Shown one piece after another: positions 20,954-30,775 of a DNA stretch of 64,000 bases (positions are counted from its first letter, which is position 1; the number at the start of each line of letters is the position of its first letter). The notes under the pieces were generated by a model that saw nothing but the letters and a program-made list of their open reading frames with translations, was not told the DNA's origin and did not search any database. This DNA is from an uncultured Actinomycetes bacterium (GTDB lineage Bacteria > Actinomycetota > Thermoleophilia > UBA2241), in contig CAVYCN010000006.1 in the NCBI GenBank assembly GCA_963767005.1, forward strand, positions 180,513-244,512, written 5' to 3'. The position numbers and the translations under genes were made by a program.

Positions 20954-22288
20954 ATGGACTGGAAGGCCGACTACGCCCGCAAGGTGACGACCGCCGACGA
21001 AGCTCTGAAGGTCGTCAAGTCGGGCGATCGGGTGGTGTTCGCGCACGCCTGCGGCGAGCCTCTGGAGCTGGTCGACGCCCTGGTGGCGCGCGCTCCCGAG
21101 CTGCGCGACGTCGAGATCGTGCACATGGTGGCGATGGGCAAGGGCGAGTATGCGAAGCCCGAGTACGCCGAGAGCTTCTACCACAACTCGCTGTTCGTGG
21201 GGGCCAGCACCCGCGACGCCGTGGCCAACGGGCGCGGCGATTACACGCCGGTCTTCTTTCACGAGATCCCGGGCCTGTTCACCGGCGGCTACCTGCCGCC
21301 CGACGTGGTGCTCGCCCAAGTCTCGCCGCCCGACAAGCACGGCTGGTGCTCGTTTGGCATCTCGGTCGACTACACCAAGCCGGCGGCCTCGGTCGCGGGG
21401 ACGGTCATCGCCCTCGTCAACCCCAACATGCCGCGCACCCACGGCGACTCCTTCATCCACGTGAGCGACATCGATATCGCGGTCGAGACCGAGGCCCCGA
21501 TCCTCGAACTCCAGCCGCCCACGATCGGCCCCGTCGAGGAGGCCATCGGCAAGAACATCGCGAGCCTCGTCGGCGACGGCTCCTGCCTGCAGCTCGGCAT
21601 CGGCGGCATCCCCGACGCCGTGCTGCTCTTCCTGCACGGCAAGAGCGACCTCGGCATCCACACCGAGATGTTCAGTGAGGGCGTCGTCGACCTCTACGAG
21701 GAGGGCGTGATCACCAACCGCTGCAAAGTCCTGCAGCCCGACAAGATGGTCGCCAACTTCCTCATGGGCACCCGCCGCCTGTACGACTTCGTCGACGACA
21801 ACCCGGCCGTCAACATGTTCCCGGTGAGCTACGTCAACGACCCGTACGTGATCGGCGAGAACCCCAACGTGGTCGCGATCAACTCGGCCATCCAGGTCGA
21901 CCTCATGGGCCAGGTCGTGGCCGACTCGATGGGCGCCAAGCAGTTCACCGGCATCGGCGGCCAGGTCGACTTCGTGCGGGGCGCCGCGCGCAGCAAGGGC
22001 GGCAAGTCGATCATCGCCCTGCCGGCTACGGCCAAGGGCGGCGAGGTCTCGCGCATCGTGGCGCAGATCTCAGCCGGCGCCGCGGTGACCACCATGCGTG
22101 CCGACGTCGACTACGTCGTCACCGAGTTCGGCATCGCCAGCCTCAAGGGCCGCTCGCTGCGCGAACGCGCCTACGCCCTGCTCGACATCGCCGACCCGCG
22201 CTTCCGCGAACCGATCATCGACGAGCTCAGGACGCTCAAGGGCGAGGCCTGGCTGCGCCCCCGTCGCGCCGTGGCCGAGAAGGCCTGA
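20954..22288 (+). CDS. 4-hydroxybutyrate CoA-transferase (acetyl-CoA hydrolase/transferase family, Cat2-like)
   Basis: LQLGIGGIP, GIHTEMF (catalytic Glu), GIGGQVDFVRGA, VVTEFG. Confidence 0.88.
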   Translation: MDWKADYARKVTTADEALKVVKSGDRVVFAHACGEPLELVDALVARAPELRDVEIVHMVAMGKGEYAKPEYAESFYHNSLFVGASTRDAVANGRGDYTPVFFHEIPGLFTGGYLPPDVVLAQVSPPDKHGWCSFGISVDYTKPAASVAGTVIALVNPNMPRTHGDSFIHVSDIDIAVETEAPILELQPPTIGPVEEAIGKNIASLVGDGSCLQLGIGGIPDAVLLFLHGKSDLGIHTEMFSEGVVDLYEEGVITNRCKVLQPDKMVANFLMGTRRLYDFVDDNPAVNMFPVSYVNDPYVIGENPNVVAINSAIQVDLMGQVVADSMGAKQFTGIGGQVDFVRGAARSKGGKSIIALPATAKGGEVSRIVAQISAGAAVTTMRADVDYVVTEFGIASLKGRSLRERAYALLDIADPRFREPIIDELRTLKGEAWLRPRRAVAEKA

Positions 22289-22394
22289 AGGGAGCCGGCC
22301 GTCTGCCTGCTGTGAGAACGAGCCATTCGCCGAGCGCCGTCCGGCGTCACCGGGCCGGCGCGCGCGAGACCAGCCGACCGAAGGAGAGACCGAC

Positions 22395-23633
22395 ATGGAC
22401 ATGAAGATCCGGGTGCATCGCTCGCCCAAGACGCTGATCACCGGCGTCGACGCGATCACGCAGCTCGGCGCCGAGGTGTCGGCGCTGCGCGCCAAGAAGG
22501 CGCTCATCATGACCGATCCCGGCGTGGCCGAGAGCGGCATGGTCGAGACCGTCGAGCGGCCGCTGATCGACGCGGGCATCGAGGTCGGCGTCTACTCCAA
22601 GTGCGTGCCCGAGCCGCCGATGAGCAGCCTCGAAGACGGCGTGCGCTTCTGCGAGGAAGGCCACTACGACTGCATCGTCGGCTTCGGCGGCGGCTCGGCG
22701 ATCGACGTCGCCAAGATCACCTCTGTGCTCGTCGGCCGCGACGAGTCGGTCGAGTCGATGGTGGGCATCGACAAGGTGCCGAAGAAGGGCCTGCCGATCG
22801 TCGCGGTGCCGACCACGGCCGGCACCGGCTCCGAGGTGACGGCCATCGCCATCTTCGCCAACGAGAAGCTGAACGTGAAGCAGGGCGTCGTGTCGGGCTT
22901 CCTCATCCCGAACATCGCCCTCGTCGACCCCATGCTCACCATCACCTGCCCGCCGCACGTCACGGCGGCCTCGGGCATGGACGCCCTCATCCACTGCATC
23001 GAGTCGTACACGTCGGTCAACGCCACGATGCACACCGACCCGCTCGCCCGTGAGGGCATCGAGCTGATCTCCAAGAGCATCCGCACAGCCGTGTTCGACG
23101 GCAGCAACGTCGAGGCGCGCTTCGGCATGGCGATGGGCTCGCTGCTCGGCGGCCTCGCCTTCGCGAACGCCGGCGTGACCGCGGTGCACGCCCTCTCGTA
23201 CCCGATCGGCGGCACGTTCCACGTGCCCCACGGCGTCGCCAACACGCTCATGCTGCCGTGGGTCATGGAGTACAACATGCTCGCCTGCCTCGACTACTTC
23301 TCCGAGATCGCGGTAGCGATGGGCCAGAACATCCAGGGGCTGTCGGTGCGCGACGCAGCGGCGCAGTCGGTCGAGGCCATGAGGCAGCTCGCGATCGACA
23401 TCCAGGTGCCGCAGTACCTGTCCGACGTCGACATCCCCGAGTCGGCCATCGAAGAGCTCGCCGACGGCGCCATGACCCAGGCCCGTCTGCTCGTCAACAA
23501 CCCGCGGCGCCTCACGCGCGACGACATCGTGCAGATCTACCACAACGCCGCCGTGCGCCCCGGCGCCGCGCCGGTCGCCAGCAACGGCAAGGCCAAGACG
23601 GCCGTCAGGACGACGGCCAAGTCGGCCAAGTAG
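22395..23633 (+). CDS. Iron-containing alcohol dehydrogenase, probable 4-hydroxybutyrate dehydrogenase
   Basis: GGGSAID, PTTAGTGSE, GMDALIHCIE, HALS, HG motifs; operon context. Confidence 0.85.
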   Translation: MDMKIRVHRSPKTLITGVDAITQLGAEVSALRAKKALIMTDPGVAESGMVETVERPLIDAGIEVGVYSKCVPEPPMSSLEDGVRFCEEGHYDCIVGFGGGSAIDVAKITSVLVGRDESVESMVGIDKVPKKGLPIVAVPTTAGTGSEVTAIAIFANEKLNVKQGVVSGFLIPNIALVDPMLTITCPPHVTAASGMDALIHCIESYTSVNATMHTDPLAREGIELISKSIRTAVFDGSNVEARFGMAMGSLLGGLAFANAGVTAVHALSYPIGGTFHVPHGVANTLMLPWVMEYNMLACLDYFSEIAVAMGQNIQGLSVRDAAAQSVEAMRQLAIDIQVPQYLSDVDIPESAIEELADGAMTQARLLVNNPRRLTRDDIVQIYHNAAVRPGAAPVASNGKAKTAVRTTAKSAK

Positions 23634-23677
23634 AAGGGCCGACGGCGCTCCCGCTTCACTGCGCCGGCGCCGGTACG

Positions 23678-23723
23678 CAAACGGGCCGGGCGGGCCGCTG
23701 CAGCGGCCCGCCCGGCCCGTTTG
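23678..23723. terminator. Perfect 46-bp palindrome; bidirectional terminator between convergent genes
   Basis: CAAACGGGCCGGGCGGGCCGCTG|CAGCGGCCCGCCCGGCCCGTTTG. Confidence 0.8.
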
Positions 23724-23783
23724 TTCGTCCGGCGGATCCCGCACCCAGGGCCGGCTGGAGCCGGCTCCAGCTGCCGACAGGAC

Positions 23784-24848
23784 TCAGGCCCGCGCCACCA
23801 CCTGCTCGATCACATCGACGACGATGTCGCCGGCCCGCTCGATCGCTTCGTCGTCGAGATCGAGGTGTGTGACGAAGCGCACCGACCACGGCGCCTCATC
23901 CAGGCCCCACACGCCGCGGGCGGAGAGCAGCTCGACGACGCGCGCCGCCGGCAGACCGGTGCCGTGCGTGTCGGCGAAGACCATGTTGGTCTGCAGCTTG
24001 CGCTCGTCGACGGCGAGGCCGGGCACCCGCGCGAGGCGCTCGCCCAGCGCTCGCGCGCGGCGGTGGTCGTCGGCCAGACGCTCGACGTTGTGCTGCAGCG
24101 CGTAGAGGCCACCGGCGGCGATGATGCCGGCCTGGCGCATGCCGCCGCCGAACAGCTTGCGGGCGCGCTGGGCGCGCGCGATCGTCGCCGCGCTCGCGAG
24201 CAGCACCGAGCCGACCGGCGCCCCGAGGCCCTTCGAGAGGCAGACGCTGACCGAGTCGTAAGGCGCGACGATGTCGGGCAGCGCCATGCCGGTCGCGACG
24301 GCGGCGTTGCAGACACGCGCGCCGTCCAGGTGCAGGAGCATGCCGCGACGGTCGCAAAAGGCGCGCAGCTCGGTGACCTTGGCGAACGGGTACACGACGC
24401 CGCCGCAGTAGTTGTGCGTGTTCTCGACGGCGACCAGCGTCGTGCGCGGGTGGTGCACGTCGTCGTCGACGTGGAAGTAGTGCTCGAGCAGATCGAGGTC
24501 GAGGGTGCCGTCGTCGGAGTCGAAGGTGCGCGTCTGCAGGCCCGACAGCACGGCGGCGCCGCCCTGCTCGTTCTCGACGATGTGCGCCTTGGCGTGCAGG
24601 AAGACCTCGTCGCCCGGGGTCGTCTGGGCGTGGAGCGCGATCTGGTTGGACATGGTGCCCGACGGCACGTAGAGCGCCGCCTCTTTGCCGAAGAGCTCGG
24701 CGGCGTAGTCCTGCAGGCGGATGACCGTGGGGTCATCGCCCAGCACGTCGTCGCCGACCTCGGCCTCGGCCATGGCCCGGCGCATCTCGGGCGACGGTCG
24801 CGTGACGGTGTCGCTGCGCAGGTCGATCGGGCGTTCCGGTTCACTCAT
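23784..24848 (-). CDS. ltaE: Low-specificity L-threonine aldolase
   Basis: [46 protein letters not shown]. Confidence 0.93.
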   Translation of the reverse strand: MSEPERPIDLRSDTVTRPSPEMRRAMAEAEVGDDVLGDDPTVIRLQDYAAELFGKEAALYVPSGTMSNQIALHAQTTPGDEVFLHAKAHIVENEQGGAAVLSGLQTRTFDSDDGTLDLDLLEHYFHVDDDVHHPRTTLVAVENTHNYCGGVVYPFAKVTELRAFCDRRGMLLHLDGARVCNAAVATGMALPDIVAPYDSVSVCLSKGLGAPVGSVLLASAATIARAQRARKLFGGGMRQAGIIAAGGLYALQHNVERLADDHRRARALGERLARVPGLAVDERKLQTNMVFADTHGTGLPAARVVELLSARGVWGLDEAPWSVRFVTHLDLDDEAIERAGDIVVDVIEQVVARA

Positions 24849-24898
24849 CGCGTGTCCTCCGTGCTCGGCGGCCCCTCGGCCGGAGCGTCAATGATACG

Positions 24899-25558
24899 TC
24901 AGGAACCGCCCGGCACCGGGGGCGCCGCCGGGCGGCGCAGCCCGGCGACCGCCCGCCGCCCCAGGCGCACGATCACGTTGACCAGGGCGATCGCGGCGAG
25001 GCCGCCGAACAGCAGCAGCTTGCGGCCGAGCGGCATCGGGGTCCAGTAGTCGGCGACCTGGGCGTTCACCTCGGCGCCCAGGTGGAAGTCCTTGGGCCAG
25101 TGGAACACGTAGTGGCCGTGCTGCCGCACGGCGAGCTGCACGCCGGGGTTCTCGATGGCCGTGTTCACGTGGCCGGGGTAGTCGACCCAGATGTGGTCGA
25201 ACGACATGCGCAGCTGATAGGGGATGTGCTTGTAAGCGAGGATACTCGCGAGCACGACGGCCCGGCTCTCGCAGTCGCCGCGACCCTGGGCGAGCGCCTC
25301 GCGCGTGGTGGGGAAGTACCAGGGCACCCCGGCCGTCTGCCAGTCGTAGGCGTAGGGCACGACGCGGGTGAGCACGGCCTGCTCGATCAGGCGGGGATCG
25401 TTGGGCAGCGTGCGGGCGATCGGCGCCACGGCGGCCGGGTCGATCACGGGATGCTCGATGTGCTCGATGCTGCGCACCAGCAGCAGCGGGTCCGGGTAGA
25501 GCACGAAGAAGAAGAACACGAGGCCTGCCGCCACGCGCAGCTTTCGCGAGACCTTCAT
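24899..25558 (-). CDS. Membrane-anchored transglutaminase-like cysteine protease domain protein
   Basis: GDCES and DHIWV motifs; N- and C-terminal hydrophobic helices; ATG 7 nt after a TACACT -10. Confidence 0.7.
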   Translation of the reverse strand: MKVSRKLRVAAGLVFFFFVLYPDPLLLVRSIEHIEHPVIDPAAVAPIARTLPNDPRLIEQAVLTRVVPYAYDWQTAGVPWYFPTTREALAQGRGDCESRAVVLASILAYKHIPYQLRMSFDHIWVDYPGHVNTAIENPGVQLAVRQHGHYVFHWPKDFHLGAEVNAQVADYWTPMPLGRKLLLFGGLAAIALVNVIVRLGRRAVAGLRRPAAPPVPGGS

Positions 25559-25616
25559 GATCTTCAGTGTACCCGCCGCGCGGCGGCGCGTGCGACGTGG
25601 GTCGCGCGCCCGTGCC

Positions 25617-26816
25617 CTACAGGCGGGCGGTCACCCAGTGGACGGCGCTGTGCAGGTCGTAGCCGATCTTGCCGAGCAGCCCGACGCGGCCGAACGACGC
25701 GGCCGCGACCAGACGCACGGTGCCGATGCTGCGACCGTCGGCGAAGGCCTGGACCGTGCCGAGCGCCTGTCCCTGCGTGACCGGCAGCGAGACGCGGGCC
25801 GGCGCCACGACCTTCGTCGTGACCCTGGCGCCGATGCGCAGCGACGTCCGGAGGGCGGCGGCGGGGACCAGGTCGAGCTTGTCCGAGTGCCAGGGCACGT
25901 CGGCGTGTGCGAAGACCGTGCCCGACGGCCAGGCGCTGCGCATGCGGTACCGGCTCGCCGACCAGCGGAACAGTGCGAGGGCGTCGGCGACGCGGTGGGC
26001 GTCGTCGGGTTCGCCGAGGAGCGTGACGAAGATGTCGTGGCCGCGCACGTGGCCGGCCGCCACGATGCAGTAGCCGGCGCCGTCGGTCCAGCCGGTCTTC
26101 ACCCCGTAGACCCAGTGGTCGTCCTCCATCAGCTCGTTGTGGCTGACGAGCACGCGGTCGTAGGGGTGGTGGGCCCAGGGGATCGTCGCCGTGTAGTGGT
26201 CGACGTAGCCGGCAAAACGCGGATCGCTCATGGCGATGCGGGCCAGGTGAGTGAGGTCGAGGGCGCTCGTGTAGTGACCGCGCTGATCGAGGCCGTGCGG
26301 GTTGGCGTAGTGCGTGTTGGTCAGGCCGAGCTCGTGCGCCTTCGCGTTCATGAGGGCGACGAACGCGGTCTGGCTGCCGGCCACCGCGTCGGCAAGGTCG
26401 GCGGCCGCGTCGTTTGCGCTCTGGATGAGCAGCGCCTGCAGGAGCTCGTCGACCGTGAGCCTCTCGCCGAGCTGCAGGTAGATCTCGTCCTCGCCGACGC
26501 CGACCGCGTCGCGCCGCGCCCTGACGACCGTGTCGAGGTTGCGAAAGTGCTCGAGCACGAGCAAGCCGGTCATGATCTTGGTGGTCGAGGCCATCGGCAG
26601 CCGCTCGTTGGCGCTCTGGGAGGCGAGCACCACGCCGGTCTGCTGGTCCATGACCACGTAAGCCTTGGCGCTGACGGCCGGCGGCGGGGCGGCCACCGCC
26701 AGCGGCGGCCGCCCCGCCGCCGCCGCCAGCACGGCGACGACGGCGATGAGCCCGACGGCAAGCGGACCGAGCCACCGTCGTCGTGGCGCCGAGGCACTGC
26801 GGGGGGAGCGGAGCAT
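25617..26816 (-). CDS. D-alanyl-D-alanine carboxypeptidase (peptidase S11)
   Basis: STTK, SAN and KTG motifs, NPHGLD; signal peptide. Confidence 0.93.
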   Translation of the reverse strand: MLRSPRSASAPRRRWLGPLAVGLIAVVAVLAAAAGRPPLAVAAPPPAVSAKAYVVMDQQTGVVLASQSANERLPMASTTKIMTGLLVLEHFRNLDTVVRARRDAVGVGEDEIYLQLGERLTVDELLQALLIQSANDAAADLADAVAGSQTAFVALMNAKAHELGLTNTHYANPHGLDQRGHYTSALDLTHLARIAMSDPRFAGYVDHYTATIPWAHHPYDRVLVSHNELMEDDHWVYGVKTGWTDGAGYCIVAAGHVRGHDIFVTLLGEPDDAHRVADALALFRWSASRYRMRSAWPSGTVFAHADVPWHSDKLDLVPAAALRTSLRIGARVTTKVVAPARVSLPVTQGQALGTVQAFADGRSIGTVRLVAAASFGRVGLLGKIGYDLHSAVHWVTARL

Positions 26817-26844
26817 CCTGGAGGCTAGTGTATACTCCCCGGCC

Positions 26845-27603
26845 ATGCAGATGAACGGACGCCTCGCGCTCCTTCAGCGCATCGGTCGGCTTCTGCGCGC
26901 CAAGGAATTCCTGGTCTTCTTCGCGATCGCCCTCGGCGTGCTCGACTTCTGCGCGCCGCTCGCGACCGGCTGGCTGTTCCGGCACCGCTCGCTGGCCACG
27001 CTGCTCGGCACCCAGAACACCGTGGTCGGCGACGCGGCGGCCGGCCGCCGCGCGGCCGTGGTCGGCGTCGCCCTCGTCTACCTGTTCGTCTCGGCGTTCT
27101 TCACGGCCGGGTACCTGCGCTCGCTGCTCGGCAGCTTCCACTGGGGGCCGCGCGACGGCCGCCAGTTCGGCCGGCTCCTCGGTCTGACCGCGCTGACCCA
27201 GGCGATCTGGTGGGGGCTCGCTGCTTTCTCGCAGGAGGCCGGCGGACTCGGCCAGGCGGAGCTGCCGCTGCTGTTCGTCGTGCAGCTCGCGGTCTACGTG
27301 CCGCTGCTATATGCCGACTACGCCATCGTGGCGAGCAACGTCGGTGTCTGGCGAGCGCTCGTGCGCTCGACGCAGACCTTCGTCGCGAACGCGTTCGTGT
27401 CGGTGTTCGTGCTGCTCGTCGTGTTCGAGGCCTCGATCGTGCTCTGGCAGCTCCTGCCGGGCACGTCGGGGTCGGCCCTCGACCTCTCCCCCACGGCGCT
27501 CATCCACGTGCTGGTCGCGGGCAGCATCAACTTCCTCTCCGACGTCGTGCTGCTCAGCGTGTACATCGACTCCATCGAGCGGGGAACAATCCCCCCCGAG
27601 TAG
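26845..27603 (+). CDS. Hypothetical multi-pass membrane protein
   Basis: About six hydrophobic segments; ATG 8 nt after TATACT (leaderless). Confidence 0.8.
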   Translation: MQMNGRLALLQRIGRLLRAKEFLVFFAIALGVLDFCAPLATGWLFRHRSLATLLGTQNTVVGDAAAGRRAAVVGVALVYLFVSAFFTAGYLRSLLGSFHWGPRDGRQFGRLLGLTALTQAIWWGLAAFSQEAGGLGQAELPLLFVVQLAVYVPLLYADYAIVASNVGVWRALVRSTQTFVANAFVSVFVLLVVFEASIVLWQLLPGTSGSALDLSPTALIHVLVAGSINFLSDVVLLSVYIDSIERGTIPPE

Positions 27604-27617
27604 CAGGGAAGGTGACC

Positions 27618-27935
27618 ATGGCGATCGTCAGGCAGGGCAGGGAGCTCGAGCGCGGCGTCGAGCGCCAGATCACGTTGCAGGTCGGACCGCTCGCAGGCGT
27701 CGACGTCCGACCCAGCCGCATCTTCGTGTGGTACGGCACCGAGCGCACCGAGAACGAGCGCATCGTGTCGCTCGAGCGCGCGCCGCGGGTGCTGCGCCGG
27801 CCTCACTCGCGCCGGTACCTGCAGTTGCCGGGGGTGCAGGTGTCGTACCTCGGCAACCCGGCGGTCACCCTCGCCCTCGCCTCGGGCGCCTGGTACCGTC
27901 GCCTGCGCGACGCCGTGGTGGGCCCGCCGTCCTGA
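27618..27935 (+). CDS. Hypothetical basic protein (105 aa)
   Basis: MAIVRQGRELERGVERQITLQVG...; GAAGG RBS; codon bias. Confidence 0.65.
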   Translation: MAIVRQGRELERGVERQITLQVGPLAGVDVRPSRIFVWYGTERTENERIVSLERAPRVLRRPHSRRYLQLPGVQVSYLGNPAVTLALASGAWYRRLRDAVVGPPS

Positions 27936-28088
27936 CCCCGGGTGCCGGGCCGTGAGACGCGCTTCCCACTCCGTCGCCGGTCGTCTCGCCCCCGCCGGCG
28001 GTCGCGGTGTTGTCCGGTCAGACAGCGGGAGCGACCGCCGTTGTGGCCGCTGCTGGAGTATCATCATGGTTCGAGCTGGTGAGGGCCC

Positions 28089-29027
28089 ATGGGGCAGGTG
28101 GGGGGCAAGGTGATCGATCAGCCGCTGCGCGTCCCGAGTTCGCAGCTCTGGGAGCACGCCGAGCAGGTCGAACCGTACTGGGTATACGAGCGCCGCAGGC
28201 GCCGACGGCGCCTGCTCCTGTCGCTCTCGCTCACCCTCGCGCTCGTCGCCGCCTGCCTGGCCGGCTTCACGGTGCTGAACGCGCGCCAGAACTATGCCGC
28301 CGGCAAGCGCGCCCTGCTGGCCGGCGAGTACGACCTCGCCATCAGGCGCCTCGGCGCGGCCACCATCCTCGGCCGGCCCTGGGCTAATTCCCGCACGCTG
28401 CTCAGCGAGGCGCTGACACTTACGAACGGGCAGGTCCGCGAGCAGAGCACCCTGTTGAGCGACGAACCGCCCACGCCGGACACGCTCACGCTGCGCCAGG
28501 CGGCGGCGCTCTTTGCGACCGGGCACTACGCGGCCGCTCGCGACATGGTCGCCGACCTGCAGGTGCGGCTGCCGACGGCCGCCGCCGCGCGCCTCGCCCA
28601 GACGAGCAACACCGCCGTCTCGAGCCTGCTGCTGCTCGTCACCGCCGAGCGCCTGCTGGCCGCCGGCGACTGGCGCACCGCCGCGACCGACGCGACCCTC
28701 GTGCTCGCTCATTACCCGCGTTGCTCCCTCGCGTCGGCCCTGGCGACCGAGGCGGCGCACCGCGGCGCGGCCGCGCCGCTCTTCGCGCGCGCCACGAGCC
28801 TCGCCGACGGGCGCCGCTGGATCCTGGCGCGCAGAGCGCTGCGGCAAGCCCTCTCGGCCGACCCCGCGTACCCGGGCGCGGCGACGCTGCTGGCACGCAT
28901 CGACAACGCTATCGCCGCCCGCAACGCGGCGCGGGCGGCGGCGACCTCGTCGTCATCGTCATCGTCGTCGAGCGGCAGCTCCACCACGACGAGCCCGCCG
29001 TCCACCACGACGCCGCCGCCGCCGTGA
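28089..29027 (+). CDS. Membrane-anchored helical-repeat (TPR-like) protein with a Ser/Thr/Pro tail
   Basis: Arg run then a TM helix, Ala/Leu helical repeats, SSSSSSSSGSSTTTSPP tail; start uncertain. Confidence 0.7.
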   Translation: MGQVGGKVIDQPLRVPSSQLWEHAEQVEPYWVYERRRRRRRLLLSLSLTLALVAACLAGFTVLNARQNYAAGKRALLAGEYDLAIRRLGAATILGRPWANSRTLLSEALTLTNGQVREQSTLLSDEPPTPDTLTLRQAAALFATGHYAAARDMVADLQVRLPTAAAARLAQTSNTAVSSLLLLVTAERLLAAGDWRTAATDATLVLAHYPRCSLASALATEAAHRGAAAPLFARATSLADGRRWILARRALRQALSADPAYPGAATLLARIDNAIAARNAARAAATSSSSSSSSSGSSTTTSPPSTTTPPPP

Positions 29028-30682
29028 CGCGGTCGCGCCTCACCTGCGCGCTCCGGGCGACCGCTGGGGCGTGCGCCGGCCTCGCCATAGCCGGGGCGCT
29101 GACCCTGTCCGGCGGAGCGCCGGCCGGCGCCGCACCGGCGGCTGCCGCGACGGCGCGTGTCGCCGCGGCGGTGAGCATCGCCGCCGCGCCCGGCTGGACC
29201 AGGCTGCCCGACCCGTTCGGCACGACGGCGACCGCCACGCGCATCGCCACGTTCGGCACCGCCGGCGTGGCCGTGACCGGCGCCGGTGGGACCATCGCGA
29301 TCAGCACGGACGGTGGCGCTCACTGGAAGCTGCGCGCCCTGCCGGCCGGCGGCTCGCCGGTCACCGACGTCGCCTTCAGCGACGCCACGCACGGCTGGGC
29401 GATCGGGCCGGCCGACGTGGTCGATGAGACGACCAACGGCGGGGCTACCTGGACGAAGTCCGCCCAGACCGGCGCCTTCGACGCCATCGCCGCGGCGGCC
29501 GGCGCCTCGCTCGTCTGCGCGCTCGCGCCCTCGTCGGTCCTGACCGCCACCGTGCTCGATCCCCCGACCTTCACGGCCGAGGCGACCGGCCTGACCGCCT
29601 ATCCCACGGCGCCGGCGGCGATCGTCGCCGGGCAGGGCGGCTTCGCCGCCGCGACCGGCGCGAACGGCGCCCTCATCGTGCGCGCGAGCGACGGCTCGTG
29701 GGCGGCCCAGGACTCGACCCAGGACGGCCTTACCACTCCGGTGGCCCTCGCGCTCGCGCCGGCGCAGGTGTGGGGCAACGGCACGCCCGACCTGTTCGCG
29801 GTGAGTGCGACCACGACCCAGGGCAGCGACGACGAGGGTGCGTCGTTCCAGGCGCTGCCGGCGCGCCCCTCGGCGGCCGGCGCGCACGAGCAGCGCTGCG
29901 CCGCCGTCCTGGGGGCGCCGAGCCCCCAGCTGCTCGTCGGCGGCCAGGACGGCCTGCTCGAGCGCTACGTGCTCGCGAGCGGCACGTGGAGCGTCGACAG
30001 CGGCCCCCTCAAGACCACGATCGTCTCGTGCGCCGCCGGCGCCGGCGGCGTGGCCTACGCGCTCACGTCCGACGGCCAGGTCGAGCGCACACTGTCGTAC
30101 GGCGCGGCGCCCTTCACCCTGAGCGCCTCCGCGAGCAAGCTCACGGCGGGCAGCACGGTGACGCTCACCTGCGCCACGGCTGCACGTGCCCCCGGCACGC
30201 TGGCCCTGCAGGCGCGCGCCGGCAGCGGCGCCTGGAAGACCCGGCAGTCGTGGGCCTGGTCGTCGGACCCGCCCGGCGTCGGCGCCGTCACCCTGCGGCC
30301 GCTCGCCACCACACAGTACCGCCTGCGCTTCGTCTACGGGGGGCAGGCGGCGGTCACGAGCGCCGCGGTCACCGTGGGCGTGCGGCCGCGTCTCACCGTC
30401 TCCCCCGCCGCGGTGCACGTCTCGGTCGGCTCGACGTACCGCCTGCGCGGCACCATCTATCCCGCGCAGCCGGGCCGCAGCGTCACGATCTGGACCAACC
30501 GCGGCGGCTCCTGGCACCGGGTGTCCGTCGGCGGGGTCGTGGCTCTCGTGAACGGCACGACGTACCGGACGCGCCTGTTCGGCACGCCGGTCAGGGAGAC
30601 CTACCACCTGCAGGTGCGACTGGCCGGCAACGCCTGGTTCCTGCCGGTGCTGTCCGCCGGCGTGAAGGTGACCGTCTCGTAG
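29024..30682 (+). CDS. Secreted protein with BNR/Asp-box (YCF48-like beta-propeller) repeats and basic beta-rich C-terminal domains
   Basis: Signal peptide; STDGGAHW, TTNGGATW, SDDEGASF repeats; GTGA overlap with the upstream gene. Confidence 0.78.
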   Translation: MTRSRLTCALRATAGACAGLAIAGALTLSGGAPAGAAPAAAATARVAAAVSIAAAPGWTRLPDPFGTTATATRIATFGTAGVAVTGAGGTIAISTDGGAHWKLRALPAGGSPVTDVAFSDATHGWAIGPADVVDETTNGGATWTKSAQTGAFDAIAAAAGASLVCALAPSSVLTATVLDPPTFTAEATGLTAYPTAPAAIVAGQGGFAAATGANGALIVRASDGSWAAQDSTQDGLTTPVALALAPAQVWGNGTPDLFAVSATTTQGSDDEGASFQALPARPSAAGAHEQRCAAVLGAPSPQLLVGGQDGLLERYVLASGTWSVDSGPLKTTIVSCAAGAGGVAYALTSDGQVERTLSYGAAPFTLSASASKLTAGSTVTLTCATAARAPGTLALQARAGSGAWKTRQSWAWSSDPPGVGAVTLRPLATTQYRLRFVYGGQAAVTSAAVTVGVRPRLTVSPAAVHVSVGSTYRLRGTIYPAQPGRSVTIWTNRGGSWHRVSVGGVVALVNGTTYRTRLFGTPVRETYHLQVRLAGNAWFLPVLSAGVKVTVS

Positions 30683-30775
30683 CAGACGCTCAGGGCACTG
30701 CCCGAGCCGCGCTGAACCTCATCCCCGCAGGTCCTCACCCAGGGCAGGGCTTCGCTTGGGCAGGCCCCCAGAGTG

